Shown here: positions 33,391 to 47,400 of the stretch, in pieces
Layout of the letters: each line of letters starts with the position of its first letter
Position numbering within the stretch: position 1 is the stretch's first letter
From: Tubiluchus corallicola
Lineage: Eukaryota; Animalia; Priapulida
NCBI GenBank assembly: GCA_030141605.1
Contig: JAQGDQ010000003.1
Location: 496,001 to 560,000 of the forward strand
Direction of reading: 5' to 3'
Length of the DNA: 64,000 bases
Made by a program: the position numbers and the translations under genes
The notes under the pieces: model-generated
The model's input: only the letters and a program-made list of their open reading frames with translations
The model's database searches: none
What the model was told of the DNA's origin: nothing

Positions 33391-36300
33391 CTTTTTCTTT
33401 GGAACGAGATATTTATGTTTATTAATCTGCTATTTGGGTTGCACGTTGGAGATTAATCTTTTCATTTTTGTTTTATCTTAAGTTCATGCATGATAGTATT
33501 ATTACCCGAACGGTAACCTCGTATATCAAGTAATTTTACTTCTCTGCTATTTAAAATTTGACCAAAACAATTGTTCACAAAACTATTTTTGGTATTTGTA
33601 CGAATTAAGCTAAACCAAATCTATTTTTATTTTGTAAGTTTTTTTGTGCCCGTAAGTAAACTTTCACTTTTTTAGGGGTAGCTGACTAAGTGACCAACAG
33701 GTCTTTTCGCTGCTCCTACTTAGTGATGTTAAAACTGTTACATAACTATATTCTCTTTAACTAATGTTCAGAACATAAAACTGAATTAGTCTAGACAAAA
33801 TAAAAAGTGGAAACTGCAAACAAGTTCTTGTTGTCATTGATAAATCCTTATTTAGCTAAGGGTATCACCCCCAACTTCTATTTGCAGACAGAAAGTATAA
33901 AAATGCTTAAAAATCGGCCGTTTTATTTTTTTCACTTCTAGATTACACAGTTACCGCTTCTTTATTTCAATAAGTATGCATATGGTGATTAACTTCTAAT
34001 CTTGTACTAGCATCAAATCAAGTCAAGTTATTTCACTCCAGCAATAGTTATATATACAGCAATATGCAAGACAAATAGACTAAACAGTATCCTATTAGAA
34101 ATAAAGTAATTGATGAAAGCACATTAACCAAATAAATTAATTGTTGCATGACACCTTGAATGTATGGCTTGTTAAGAGGTCATAAATGAGTGAATAAAGA
34201 ATGGTTGGGGTTAGTGGATATGATAGAATGGAAAAATAATACACAGTGTACGTTTTAAATTACATAGTTATATTCAAAACAGCATAGAAAATGGGAAGCC
34301 AGCCATATCGACTGTGATAAGACATGGAAGGATCAGTGATGGTATTATTAATATGAATTTAGGATGGATCACTCTATTTGAAATTCTCAATTTCTGTAGA
34401 GCTTTCTCATACAGATTCATTTCTACTCCTACCACTGGCTTCTAAGACTGTTCAATGGACATCATTGCAGACCGTTGGCCTACTAAATTAATCAGTATTT
34501 TGTAAATACATTAATGTTTGTTCTTTATCGATTTATTTCTCTTGTAACAGACTAACAAGGAATTTAATTTGGCCCGCGATCTTTAACCTCTAATCCATAA
34601 ATGCCCAATCTTCATACAGCATTTGCGAGAATTTGACTACCTTTGATATAACACACAAAGCCCACAGTTACTAAAGATTTTCTCGCTGAAACCAAGCCTA
34701 CCAGGATTTGACAGTTTTTTTAAACTGCAATAACACCAAATTGATCTTTCGTGCTGTTGCAAATATGCAAACTCCAATAATTAGTCGCGGAAATTTCTCT
34801 GTACTGCAACAATGCCGACTCTTGTTAATATTGTATGCAAATAGCTAACGAAACCATGGAGTTTTCTGTATGATCTATGATATTGATTAGTTAGTTCATG
34901 GTGCTGAAACATGCAAAGGGACTTTAATTATTTACTGCTGCAGGTAGGGAGTGCAAAAGGTTGCTCGCAAGTAGGCAACTATAAGTACACCAGTTTTCTT
35001 GAATGCCACTAAATGAAATGGAAAGGCATTCAAATTCAAAATATCCATTTAAATGTCTGTACACACCCAAGCACACAAAATGGAAGGTACGTGAATAACT
35101 GGCAGTTAAACAAAAATAGTCTTAAGGGAACTAGGGTCGCATACTGTGGTGGTACTAACGCAAAACTTTGATAGTGGCAAAGTCATAGGTGATCCCTTTT
35201 CTGGATCAGTAGGACCTTGCCATCTTGCTTACTTGCATCACTAAGGTAATGCCAAGTATCAGTGTTTCAGGGGAACCACTAGATGGTATATGTCTTAAGC
35301 TGGCAGACTGCAAAACATTGAACATCTTGAACTTGAATATGTTTGATTTTTAGATTCACACATTGACTAAGAAATGCGAACAAAACTTTATTAATGATTT
35401 CATTCGAAAAATATCCAAGTATTTTATTCATTATTACAAAAACACATATCTACGTATAAATATTGCAAAAAATTCCACTAGATGTTAAAAATATTATAGA
35501 GCACTCAGTTATCACATGAAGTTACCATAAGCAAAATTTTGTTTTCACAGTTTTCGATCCTGTGACGTTGAGCTTTGACTTTTTAAATTAAAAAAAAAGC
35601 AGCCATGACAGGTTTCCATGTCTTGGTCAGAAGGTCCAGACCTAGTATTTTTGTCAAATTTGGTGATTATCGCTTCGTCAGTTTTTATTTTTTTCACTGA
35701 ACTGCCAAGCAAACAGATGCAACTAAATCATCGTCAGCGTGCGTAATCATTGAATATAACAAGTTCCAATTAAAAATTCTGTTAAAGCTATAAATAATGC
35801 ATGAAAAGACAAGATAACGCGATACACAGAACATCTTTTATTTATTTTCGGTTACTGCCCATACGACGAGAACGTCGTTACTCGTGAAATGCCGAAAACT
35901 TGTAATGGACCAACATATCATGTCAAACACCCACACAAAGTGCTTACATGGCAGCAAGATACTTCAGTATCCTTCCTCTACCTGTCTCACGCCTAAACTC
36001 TTATTGCAACACTCACAAAGTCTGCCTAGAAGCCATGCCAATGCATTTACCATACTAGCAAATCCGCCAAAGGTCAATACTGAAAGCTTTTCCTGACCTG
36101 ACGAATGCATGTATGCACTCAAGAGCGACTTCTACGGCGGGTGGGGGGCGGTCATCACGAACTGAACAGTCTCAAAGACAATGTGAAATGTTTATATGGG
36201 CATCCACACAAAGAAAAGTGAGCTCCTCATCGCAACACTTCCCTTTCGTTTACACTGAGAAGGAGAAAAATCTATTCACTGTTATCAGACAATCAATGAA

Positions 36301-36744
36301 ACTAATCATCATTTCAGCGGTTCCTTGCACAGCCGCACTTAATCGATATCAAACATCCTTCTAATAAAGCAAAATTAATGAGGTCATCTTGCAAATCTTG
36401 CACGGGTTGTATGATTGTAGCCCTGTCAGAGATACATAATTTAATTTGTTTGAAACGGCTCCTCACAATGTAAACCAGAATACAGCACTCAATCACACCA
36501 TTTAACTACCTTCTGATGTTACATGGTTGTGAAGGGCCTGGAGCATAGCTGGTCTATATACATGGAGAAGAAATAATCATGGCAGATGGTCACCCATCCA
36601 CTTGCTAAGTAGGTTGGAGCTAATTGACTCTATAGCCAAACACATACCATAATTACTCAACTATCCCCATTGCTCTTTTTGATTCAAATTAATTATACTC
36701 AAGTTATAGTGAAAATCTACTTGGATCCCTGAAAAGGGGCAACT

Positions 36745-38432
36745 AAAGAGTAATCAATCCAGTTTGCGCAGGTGCCTGGGGTGTATGTCTATGACCATTC
36801 TCTAGTTTGACACATTAAAGCCTATGTATTAATCCTCCAAAATGACGTCAACTTTGGGGATGAACCTTAGAGAATAAACAATAAGAGACGATAGCTCACT
36901 TAATCAACAATGCAGCTGAAACGTTACATGAAAGTTAGATTTGGTTTTTTAAATGATTTCATGGTGGTGTCAATTATTCATGAATCAAAAATGACTTTAT
37001 AACTCCAAAACAGTGCAAAACAAACAGACAAACAGAACACACGTCCTCTAGGCTAGAGACTAAAATATAATCCAGAAAAAGTACTTCCATAAATCTCTAG
37101 GGGTGTTTCTTCTAGAAGTTGGCAACATGGCCAAACTTATCAGTTTGACTACGCTGAATACCAAATAAACGAATAAATTAGAAATAAATGACTAAAAAAT
37201 TGCTGCTAGCTTGAAAAACTAGTAGAAAGAAGATGCAAACAGAATGGCAACCAAGTTTTTGCACAAAAAAATCCCAGAAAGTTAAAATTAAGAACATAAT
37301 AATAAGAAGTGATTATAACGTATATTACAGGGTAGTTGGACCTAAGCAATCCAGCCATTTCTAATATTTTCATTTCAAAAATGGCCGCTACACAAAACGA
37401 AATTATGCAGATCACGCAAATGCTGCAGTCTGATCCCAAGCAGTATAAGCATCAAATGCTGACAGAACTGATGCTTTTGGGGGCATTTATATTTTCATAT
37501 GGTTTTAGGTACAGCCTTTATAAGCTAGCAGCAGCCATCTTGAAAATGGCGGCCTTAGCGGATACTACCCTAAATCCTTGACCTAGTTTTAAAGTCGATA
37601 TATAAATACTAAAATCATTATCCAATTTAATTTAGAACACGCAATATGTTACAAAAGCGGCTGCAGCCATATTGGCAGCCATCTTTACATCCTAATTGAG
37701 GTGATGTCATTTCGATGGATTAAGCAACAGATGTGGATTTGTTGACACTGACATACCAAAATCTTCGTCTTATTTGCTTTACCAGTTAAGATGTGGGCTT
37801 TATATGCTAGGGACAGTCATTTTGTCAGTCATTTTGAAAATAATGACTATATTTCCATTGGACGATTTTCCATTGGCCTCATTAATCACCTTGATGGGTT
37901 CTAACAATGTGCAAAGTTTCACAACTTTTAGGTGAAACGAGTAAGTTTTTTACCATTCTGTTAGACTCAGACTACATTATTATGTTGGGAATCAAATGGC
38001 CTTTTTTTGCTTATTGGACTGATTGTGGCTTTGTATCCTTGAGGTTTAGTAGCAGAATAAAAATAATTTGCTTTTTGTTTTTATAATAAATATAATTTGC
38101 ATGATCAGCATAACATCGTTTTTTGTAGTGGCCATTTTGAAAGCAGTGGCCACTTTTAAAATAAAAGTAACAGAATGGAGTCCTTTGGTCCAACTACTAT
38201 GGAATAGATGTCATAACCACCTCTTAATGTTAATTTTCTGGGAATTTTTTAGTTATACTGTTTGTGCAAAATCTTAGAGGCCATTCTGTTTATTTTGCCC
38301 TTTTTCCCTTAATTTTTTAAGCTGGCAATAATTTTTTTGGATTCAGCACAGTCAATAAGGCTGGCTATAATACCAATTAAACTGCAATAAAACGCCACTA
38401 GGGTTCCTCTTTTCTGAAAATTCGTGTAGTCT
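36745..38432. mobile_element. Degenerate non-autonomous DNA-transposon remnants rich in GCCATTTTG/AAAATGGCGGC motifs (possibly Academ-like)
   Basis: Many AAAATGGC and GCCAT(C/T)TTG motifs; AGACTA and TAGTCTA termini near 37975 and 38432; family assignment is inference. Confidence 0.35.
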
Positions 38433-41400
38433 ATGTGCTATTGCTAATGTTCGGTTTCACCTTGGTTGATAATTCAGATCAAACTCACAGTCACAAGTTT
38501 TGAATGCAATGTAATGTGAAAATGGTGCAACATACACACACAAATTGTTATATATGTCGTAGGTATTATATGCATACATAGAGTTTCTGTTGGCGACATC
38601 ACATTTGACCTAGAATAATATTTCAAAGTCAAATTCATAGACTGGATGTGTTAAATCAAACTAACCCGAAAAGGTGCAGAATCTATTTCAAGCTAAATCT
38701 AGCAAGATCATAAAAATTATCACCTACTTTACAGGAAAATTTTCCTCCAACTGGTTATAATTAGTAAAACAAGGAACTCTGCAAATGAGAAGTTTAAAAA
38801 CAACAACTTCTAGAAATCACGGCCAACAGGAGCAATTATTCCCCTCTATCTCTCTACTCAAGAGGCACAGCTTGTTAAATAAAAGTTTCAGTTCATTTTT
38901 TCATAATACAGAACAACACGTAATTGAAATCTGTTTTCAGCAAAATAGCAGATATGGATGTCATAGATGCAATAAAATATTTCCAAATTCTGCCGGTTTC
39001 TATGTTCAGGTTAGTACTATGCTACTCTCAAATAGGTAAACTAAAGAAAATTTAGGATCTGGTAAAGCCCAATTTTTATTATTTATAAAGGGTGGTTCCA
39101 TCCTCGTCAAAAAATTAATGACGAGACACTACCAAAATTTCCAACTATTCTGATTCTCGTAAGAAACTTTTCAAAAATAGCTTTGGATGCTATTTTTATT
39201 AATTTTATTATAAAGTTTCACATTTTAGAAAATTCCACCAGAGTGAAAAACTGGATTTATAAGCAGCTGTTCTACATTTACGGATGTCTATAACAGTGTG
39301 CCTTTCAGGAACCAGTAATGAGAAGCCCTGAGAACATCCTCCCTAGAAGGAGTGAAATTTCGTAAAAGTCATTTTAATATAATGTTGCAATACTGAAACA
39401 AAACTATAAAACACTTTATAGTCTTTGGTAGTGAATATGATTTTATACGTCTAAGTATATGTCCACCCCAAAAAAACTTACATACACCTGATGACACTGA
39501 TTACTTGTTAGTTCTGATAGTCTATTACGGCATTTCAAGAATCGGATAAATTTTTACCATCAGAGAGCTAAGATATAGATATAGATTTGTAAGTTAAGAT
39601 ATAACAAAATTAACTAACAACTTATGATCATTTGGCAGCCATGAATGACACACTTGAAAAATATATTAAATGACAAAACATCATTTATGTCCTTTTTTAA
39701 ATTTCTTTCCTAGGAAATCATGTTTGGACGACAATAACGCCATATTAAACAACTCAATAACACACACAAACACACCCTAATGTACGCACAATAATTTACA
39801 TTATCTGGCAAAATAAAGCTGTAATGTGTATGACACATGTCTAGTTTACTAGTTATGAAGCCAAGGTAAGATACTAAGATAGCCAACGAATTTCCCGCTA
39901 CATATTATATGTCTAACACCCCAGCGCTAGTGACAGTCAGTACCATTTTCAGACAAGTAGCAACTGAACGTGGCAAAAGACAGATACGCCCTGTAATAAT
40001 TTAAAGCAATATAACAGAACTTCGTACGCTGCAGGTAGGTATATCGAATGGGAGAATATACAGATGGGTGGACAAAAACCAGCACACGCTACATCAATAC
40101 TACATTATTTGCAGCCATTCAACAATCGATTTTAATCAGGTTGATGTAAAAATCTCTACGTTGCGAGCAGTATAATGAATACACGCACTCGATAGTTTTC
40201 TTACAAAGAAATTTCTGCAGCTTAGTTAATATTATGCGGAAACAATGCCCATTAACTCGCTAAACAACTTTTTTTCTTGAATGTCTCAAGTTTTTAATGC
40301 GCGCCAGTAATTATTGTTGAAAAAATACTAATAGTAATAGTTGTTTTCGTGGAAACAAATGCAGCCGCGGGCAAGTGAGACTGTTTCTTAATACGAAATA
40401 CAGAGTTCTAAATTCTGGCATTAGGTGAAAACGATATCTAACGCTCATTAAAATAACGCAAAAAATAGTCGTCAACTCTGAAGAGCGATTAATTGGAACG
40501 GCAAAGTTGAAACAGTAAGCCCAAACCAAATTATGCTTTGAACGCTCAGTTCCATACTCATTTGGAAGGGATACTGAATCCTTCTATGTTTAGTGTTGAA
40601 GCCCTTCCCATGCACTCCCTACTAATGTTCTCAGTATGTTCGCATGCCTGCGTTAGTTAGGAATCTCTCTGTATAGACCATTAAAGACTTGATTTAATGA
40701 GGTACATCCCAAGTCTTAATTTAATTTTCACTTAATTTGATTTTTATGTTACTACATAACATTGCCGGCAAACATTTGCAAATCATTTTTAAGAAGAGTG
40801 CTCAGTCGTTTTTAAGATACTAGCAACTAGAGTAACTAGTACTTTAGTTACTCTTCCTTCCCTATTCTCGCTCGGAAAAATACTGATTTAGCATCATAGT
40901 ACCTATTGCCGAGGCATCGTCCGCAACTGGCTCAGTTACCGCGTCACGAAAAAGACATTGATGTCTGTGCAATTTAAAATTCACTTCCGGGGTGTACAAA
41001 AATTTACTTTTACAGATCATCAAGCAACCTTTCTTACCCCTTCTAGCCCCACTGGCTAATATTAAGATCCAGAGCCTCTGGATTTGGCTTCATATCTGGA
41101 CACGAGCATCTGTTCTATTTTTAAAAAAAATATACTATACCAGAAAAATGTTTTCCATCTCTACAAACTTACTTGCATCAACAAAATCATTAACAGAATC
41201 TCACTAGAAATAAAATTACAAGGATTGCAACAAACAAGTGCAGAAATACAGAATTTTTATACTGTCCTTTACTTTGAGTGGGTAATTAGTATAAAAATGG
41301 CTAAACTGTACAATACAATTTTAAATAATCGATTTGAAAAAATGTCTCCAGTTATTAAGAGTATCCTCAAAGGCAAAGGGACAGAAAATATGGACGCATT

Positions 41401-44400
41401 TGACTAAAACAAACTTCAACAATGCATTTACTAATACGTAAAACAAAGATTAATTTCAAACACAAAACAATCAATACTCTCTGAAAAAGAAAGAGCACCA
41501 CAGTTTTACTCTATAGAATATTTTTAAAAATCTTATCGCTTTCTAACAATTTTTTAATTAATAGATGATTAACAGTTCAATTTTTATACGTGCTAGTTGA
41601 CTAGGTCTCTATTAACCCATCAGTTTTTCAGTTACTGTACTAATAATTTTTCGTGAAAAATTTTGTGTGGCCAACTGTATTTTCACTGAAAACTACAAAA
41701 GCCCGCAATGCAAAAAATGAGACAGTGTAAATGAAACCATCCATTTTCTAAAAGGTTCTTAAAAGCTAAATGCATTTGCCGAGCCTTCGCCAGCCTAACA
41801 AAATCAGATTTGGTCAAAATATTATCACTAATATGCTTTCAAATAACAAGCTTCTTATGAAACAAAACCTTTACGAGGGAATGAATCTTTTTATGCAAAC
41901 AAGATTTCTGCTAATTTAATCTTCACAGACAAAATGATTGGAAACAGCAACTCCAGCTCTCAACGTTGAAATTTTGACAGATGACAACATTTCCATAACC
42001 TGGTTACAGTCTTTTTACTTATACACAATGCGACTGTAGTCATTAAAATTAATGTTTCAGAAAAAATTAAAAGTTAAAACTTTTCCATAAAAATTGCAGT
42101 GTAATTAGATTGGGAAGATGATTAAGTAAATTTAATTTAGCGAACTTCTATCCACTTAGTCAGCTACTGCATAAATCCTTTAGCAAAACTTAATTTAAAC
42201 AGCAAAATTTATCTTTTATCTGGGGTTTAAAGCTACTTAATAAAGACTACAAAAACATTAAGAAATGATGTACACCAGGCAACGCTGAGTACTTACAAAG
42301 TTAAGCATGTAATCATCAAACAAATTGGTTGATAATATTAAATTCAGGGTATTCACTGCATAAAGAAGTCTGCAAAAAAATGAGAAAATGAACTCTTACA
42401 TTCATATACAGAGCTAAATCAAGAAGGATTAAATATATGATGCAGCTGCCTTATTTTTCTGGTGTTTCTTGGTAAATCATATCAGCACTGTTCACTGTTC
42501 AGTTACCGCTTCCAAATGAATGTTGATTTAATACGATTTTCAAACTATTAACTGAAAAACAGTTCGTCCATGAATGCTTTTCGGCATGATGTGAGGGCCC
42601 TGAGAGTGTCCTGCATTAAAATCGCGATAAAACTTTTAAAAAGTAGTAAGAGGCGTTCGATGTTTAAGATTTGTTCCAAATCAGAGAGTCCACATCGACA
42701 TTACTATTCTGCAATCTGACAAGCATTTGAGCTAAGACAACAAGTGGAGGTGGCAGCCCAAGATTAGGCTGCAGTACATCCTGTACTAGTCAAAACTTGA
42801 TTCGCTTTTTGTAAGCGACCAATAAATCATCTGAAAGTTACAGCGTTCTCAGACGGTCTAAATAGTGTTATTGGTGGCTTGTAAAAATCGAATAATTGAA
42901 TTTTAATCTTAAACACCCTAATGAAAGACTTAAAGTCTGAAAGCTTAGTATTAAAGAATTTATATAGGGTTTTACAAAATACTTTCTCGTGGTTTTGTGA
43001 TATATAAGAACATTTATAATGCTCAGTTTAAAATTTATTATAATCTGTTAGCAAACTGATACTACTTGGTTTACAAACAATTGAGACTGAGCTTATTATG
43101 CTGACAATATGCTGTCATAATTTTAGCCATTTTTTATCAAGATGCATTATCTTCGTGTTTCTAAGGTATTATTATACCTGTCAGAGTTAACAGCTATAAC
43201 AGAGCTCTATGTAGTGACCAGTGCACATATATTTCAGTAACTGACAGCTTCCATTGTGCTAATTCAAACACATTAGGATCCTTATTGTCACCTAGCCACA
43301 GGACTGACAACAAAAGAGGATACAGTGTTGGTTTAAGCGCACCATAAATGCGTTTCGCAGATGACTCCCCGCTATTACTGTTAATGCGAATTTAAACATC
43401 ATTACATGTATAGATTTTGTCTGTTTGTAGAATCGGGGAAATAAATGCCGCAGCAACAAAAACACTTTAGCCTTTTATTCTCTCGCCTCTGATATTAGTG
43501 ACTATCTATAGCTTTTCATTTACGAACCAACAAAAAATTGTTTGCACAACTTATTTCATTGTCATGGCTTCTCTATATAGTTAATTATATAGCTAGACCA
43601 GTTGGACTCAGGACATTATTGTTAGCTTACTATTTTCCATTAGATTTGAAAATTTCAATTTCGGATTACATGTTTGAGCTTATATCTGTGTGTCATTTGT
43701 TTTTTGTGGTAAGGCTTGTGTGATAACACTGAATGAAAAAACCCGTTTGTTATTAAAAAAGACATTTTGCCAACCCGATCATTAACATTATTTTGTAATG
43801 CTTAAATACTCTAAAAGAGATTATATATAATACTTGTATCACAAACCAATATGTCTGAGGCAAAATGGCAATTTCAATATTGAGACAACAACAGTTTAAG
43901 TGGGTTATTTTAATAGACAAATCTCTATTTTTATGCCTTTGCAAGTTTGTATTGAATAGTAAGCTGAGTTTAACTTGCTCCAATCTGAGTCATCTGACAG
44001 CAAGAGGAAAGTACATTTTGCTGAATTAACTGAACAGCTGCTTTACTGATTTTCTGCAAATAACCATACAAGAAATACTTTTCCAACCAACCAATAATGG
44101 TCAGTAAGGCTTAATACTTCCTTATCAAACCCATAACCACTAAAAGCACTCCACAGTTATACATATAACTTTACAATCTGCATAATGTATAGTAGTTTCA
44201 ATGTATATTACTAAATCCAGACTGCCATTTGTAATAGCATACTAGTCACAGTAGCTGGTATATATAAAAACAAAACAAAGTTATGTGACTATGGCACATT
44301 TGAAACTGAAAAGACATTCTTTTCAGAATACCCCACTGGATCAAACAAATCCACATTTTGACATTTCAGTTTGTTCATCAACCTTTCTCAAGCATTTAAT

Positions 44401-47400
44401 AATGAATAACGGAATTGTCAATATAATGTATGTATATACAATAAATGGGTTTCAATGGTGTTATAATTTCATACCTTTTCTTACGTCTGTACCTAAAATC
44501 AGTCCTAAGCCGAAAACAGAAGCTGAATCAATATTTCTGAATACAATAACAGATGTTAAGAGAATCTAGTCACATCAGCAGTGTTGTTTCGGTAAGGTTT
44601 CTGATCACATCAAGTTCTGACCAGGCAAAATACATGTATGCCTGATAATTTATTATTAAACACTGGGTTTAGCAGTAGGTACGATCGGGTATCTGATGTT
44701 AGCCAACAGGCGATTTTTGTAGTAAAAAACAAAATCACCTCTTAAACTGTGGTGTAGTTTAAAACTAATTTATCAACAAGTTTCATGAACTGCAAAATCA
44801 ATTGTGAGTTGCGGCCAAGTTAATTTGCACAAAAGGCACCATCTACGTAATGATGAGTCAAGCTGGTCGACGTCTGCAAGCAACTTATCACTGGCTCTTC
44901 TTGGTCAAATCTTACTATCATGAATGAGATTCATGCATGAGATCAAAATCCACAGTGCAGGATAATTATCCGAACTTAGTATTTTTAAGCCAATTTCAGA
45001 GAAAAAAATTGTTATTAACAAACAATAGAAAAGATACATCAAAAAGCAGTTGAGATGAAACTCATCCACTTCAGAATGTAAATATGCTATCTTTGTTTCA
45101 CTTGACACACATCATTGTGTATATAACTTACCATACATAACATAAAATGTAAAAGAGAGAATTCGTGGAAAAGTATATACCATTGAGTATTTGAATCAGC
45201 AGATTTTTTCTAATGCCACAGAGCATGTGCACACTGCATAGTACTGAAAAATCGAAATCTTGAGAGTCGCAACTTTCTAGTTTAATACTCATGTGACAAC
45301 AATAATCCATATTCGTAATCACGTGTAGTTCCTTTCATCTGTGACCGAATGTCAGAAATCTTTTTTCTAGTTTACAACAGTTTTCTTTGCATACGAAAAT
45401 TTTTAACGTCCGCACCAGAATAAGTGAAACACAGCACTTTTGATTAAAGTTACCTCTACAATATGTACAAATACTTTATGGCTTCCTTCTAAGGACTAAT
45501 ACTCTTTGTGTCACCTTGCTTTTCTGATAAACGAACCTATTCAAAATCTATTGAATACAGTTGAACATGATCAAAAGATAATACAGTTCACTCTTATCTA
45601 TGAAGATCAGAATACCTTTCACAGGATGACTTTTAACAAACATCAACTCAAGCAGCACTTTCAATACTCAAGCATGATTGGGCTAATAATATTTCCCAAC
45701 AGCACGACTTTCAACGCAAATGACTGGATTTTCTGATACTTGAGAATTCGAATAACGAAACATATCATTTTCCATTTAAAGCTTGCTAACACAATGGCAT
45801 TATAACTTATGAACAAATCTATACCATACCAAATAGATGCAATTGTGTAAACAATAAAAATCTCATTTTTCTCTTTAAATATTAATAAATGATTGAAAAA
45901 AGGAACACTGTGTTTTCCCCTTAACATTAACCACTTTGCACAAGTTCAACAATATGGCTACCACTTCCTAATATCACAAAAAGTATTATTTATAAGTGCA
46001 CAGTAGTGCTAACACATCACAACATGTAATTAGAATAGCATTGCATAGTGTGGAAAGACAAAGCATGATAAGAAATTTAGCACCTATAACAAAAAAATAA
46101 CCAAGATCAGTGACATTCTCTTTGTGTTGATTTAGCAAATTACAGCTAAGCTGTACAAGAAGTGACATTTAATTCAAACCTAAAGTGTACTTGTAGTGAC
46201 TAGGTCTATTCATATTGTGCAAGAAAACACATAACCTTAGGAGAGAAGTAAATTATTTATTAATGTCAAAAATATTATATGCCTTTTCCCATTTAGCTGT
46301 GCCACCTATAGGCACTTTTATTAACTATACATTAGTTCCAGTGATGGAATTGTTGACCCATTCACAAGTTCAAGAAAAAGCAAAAATGAGAGCAAATCAC
46401 TGTTCATAATGGTAAGCAACTGGTCTGGTGGTTATTAGACAGACCTTTTAGAAGTACGAGCCAGAAACATTCAAGATTTATATGATTTAATTAATTTTGT
46501 GTCAATGCTTTCGCATGCTAATGTGATATCAGTGAGAAGCTGAATAAGGCTTCAGATTAAGAAAGCAACAAATAACTATCAACAGAGCTTGAAAGTCATC
46601 AACAATAATATTTTTAAAGAAGCTGTCAAGTTACACTCATTTACTGTTGGTAAAGGTTGAGAAGAACCATTGGTAAGGACTTATGGAAGCAATTAAACAA
46701 GTCAGTACCAGACTACCAGTATTTTCCGAAGATAGACAAGACTCTAAAAACTGGAAAGTTTCAATGTCTATATAAACCATATACTTCAACAATGAAATAC
46801 TATTTACTATAGTTAAGGTGATATTTATTGATATGACACAGCAAACAATTTCGGACCTGGTCACTCAGCAACAGCATTACAAAAGTTTGGGCACAGACAG
46901 CACTGCAGTTCAAGTAGTTGTGAAGTTTTACCAACTAACAACAACCCAGATGAGGTCGGTAAACTTCCAGATGAAAACCTCAGAGTAACAGGTGGATTTC
47001 AAAACACAAGAAAGAAGACTCCCACTTCAAAGAACGGATTTTACAAGAAACGGCATGCAAAACGCAATTTTTAGACTGACCGTCAAATTGTAGGTCCACC
47101 ACAGCGAACAAAAAATCAAGTCGCAAACAGAATAATTTTATGAAGAAAGGCAATAAACCAAAAACAGCAACATGTAATGAGAAAGACATTTGATTGTAGA
47201 TGTGCAGCTTGCTAAGGTCACCCAATTTGGTATCAGCAGAAATACAAGGCATATTAACTGTCCCCACCACTTCTTGGTTACAGTTAATTTACCAGTAATT
47301 TTATTTTATTTGGTATTACTAATCTTACTCTTTTCTATATGACGATGGAGTTTTATACTTGGATACCAGTTTCCAAAAATTTTCATTTCAGCTAGTTCTA

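Noticed and set aside
35880-36500. ORFs with faint reverse-transcriptase-like words (KILQ, EKEKNLF, LQDDL)
   Set aside because: Too degenerate and on conflicting strands to call; probably ancient LINE debris
41000-47300. Cluster of 60-107 aa ORFs
   Set aside because: No coherent domain or splice chain; scattered LINE/Penelope-like words are not sufficient for a call
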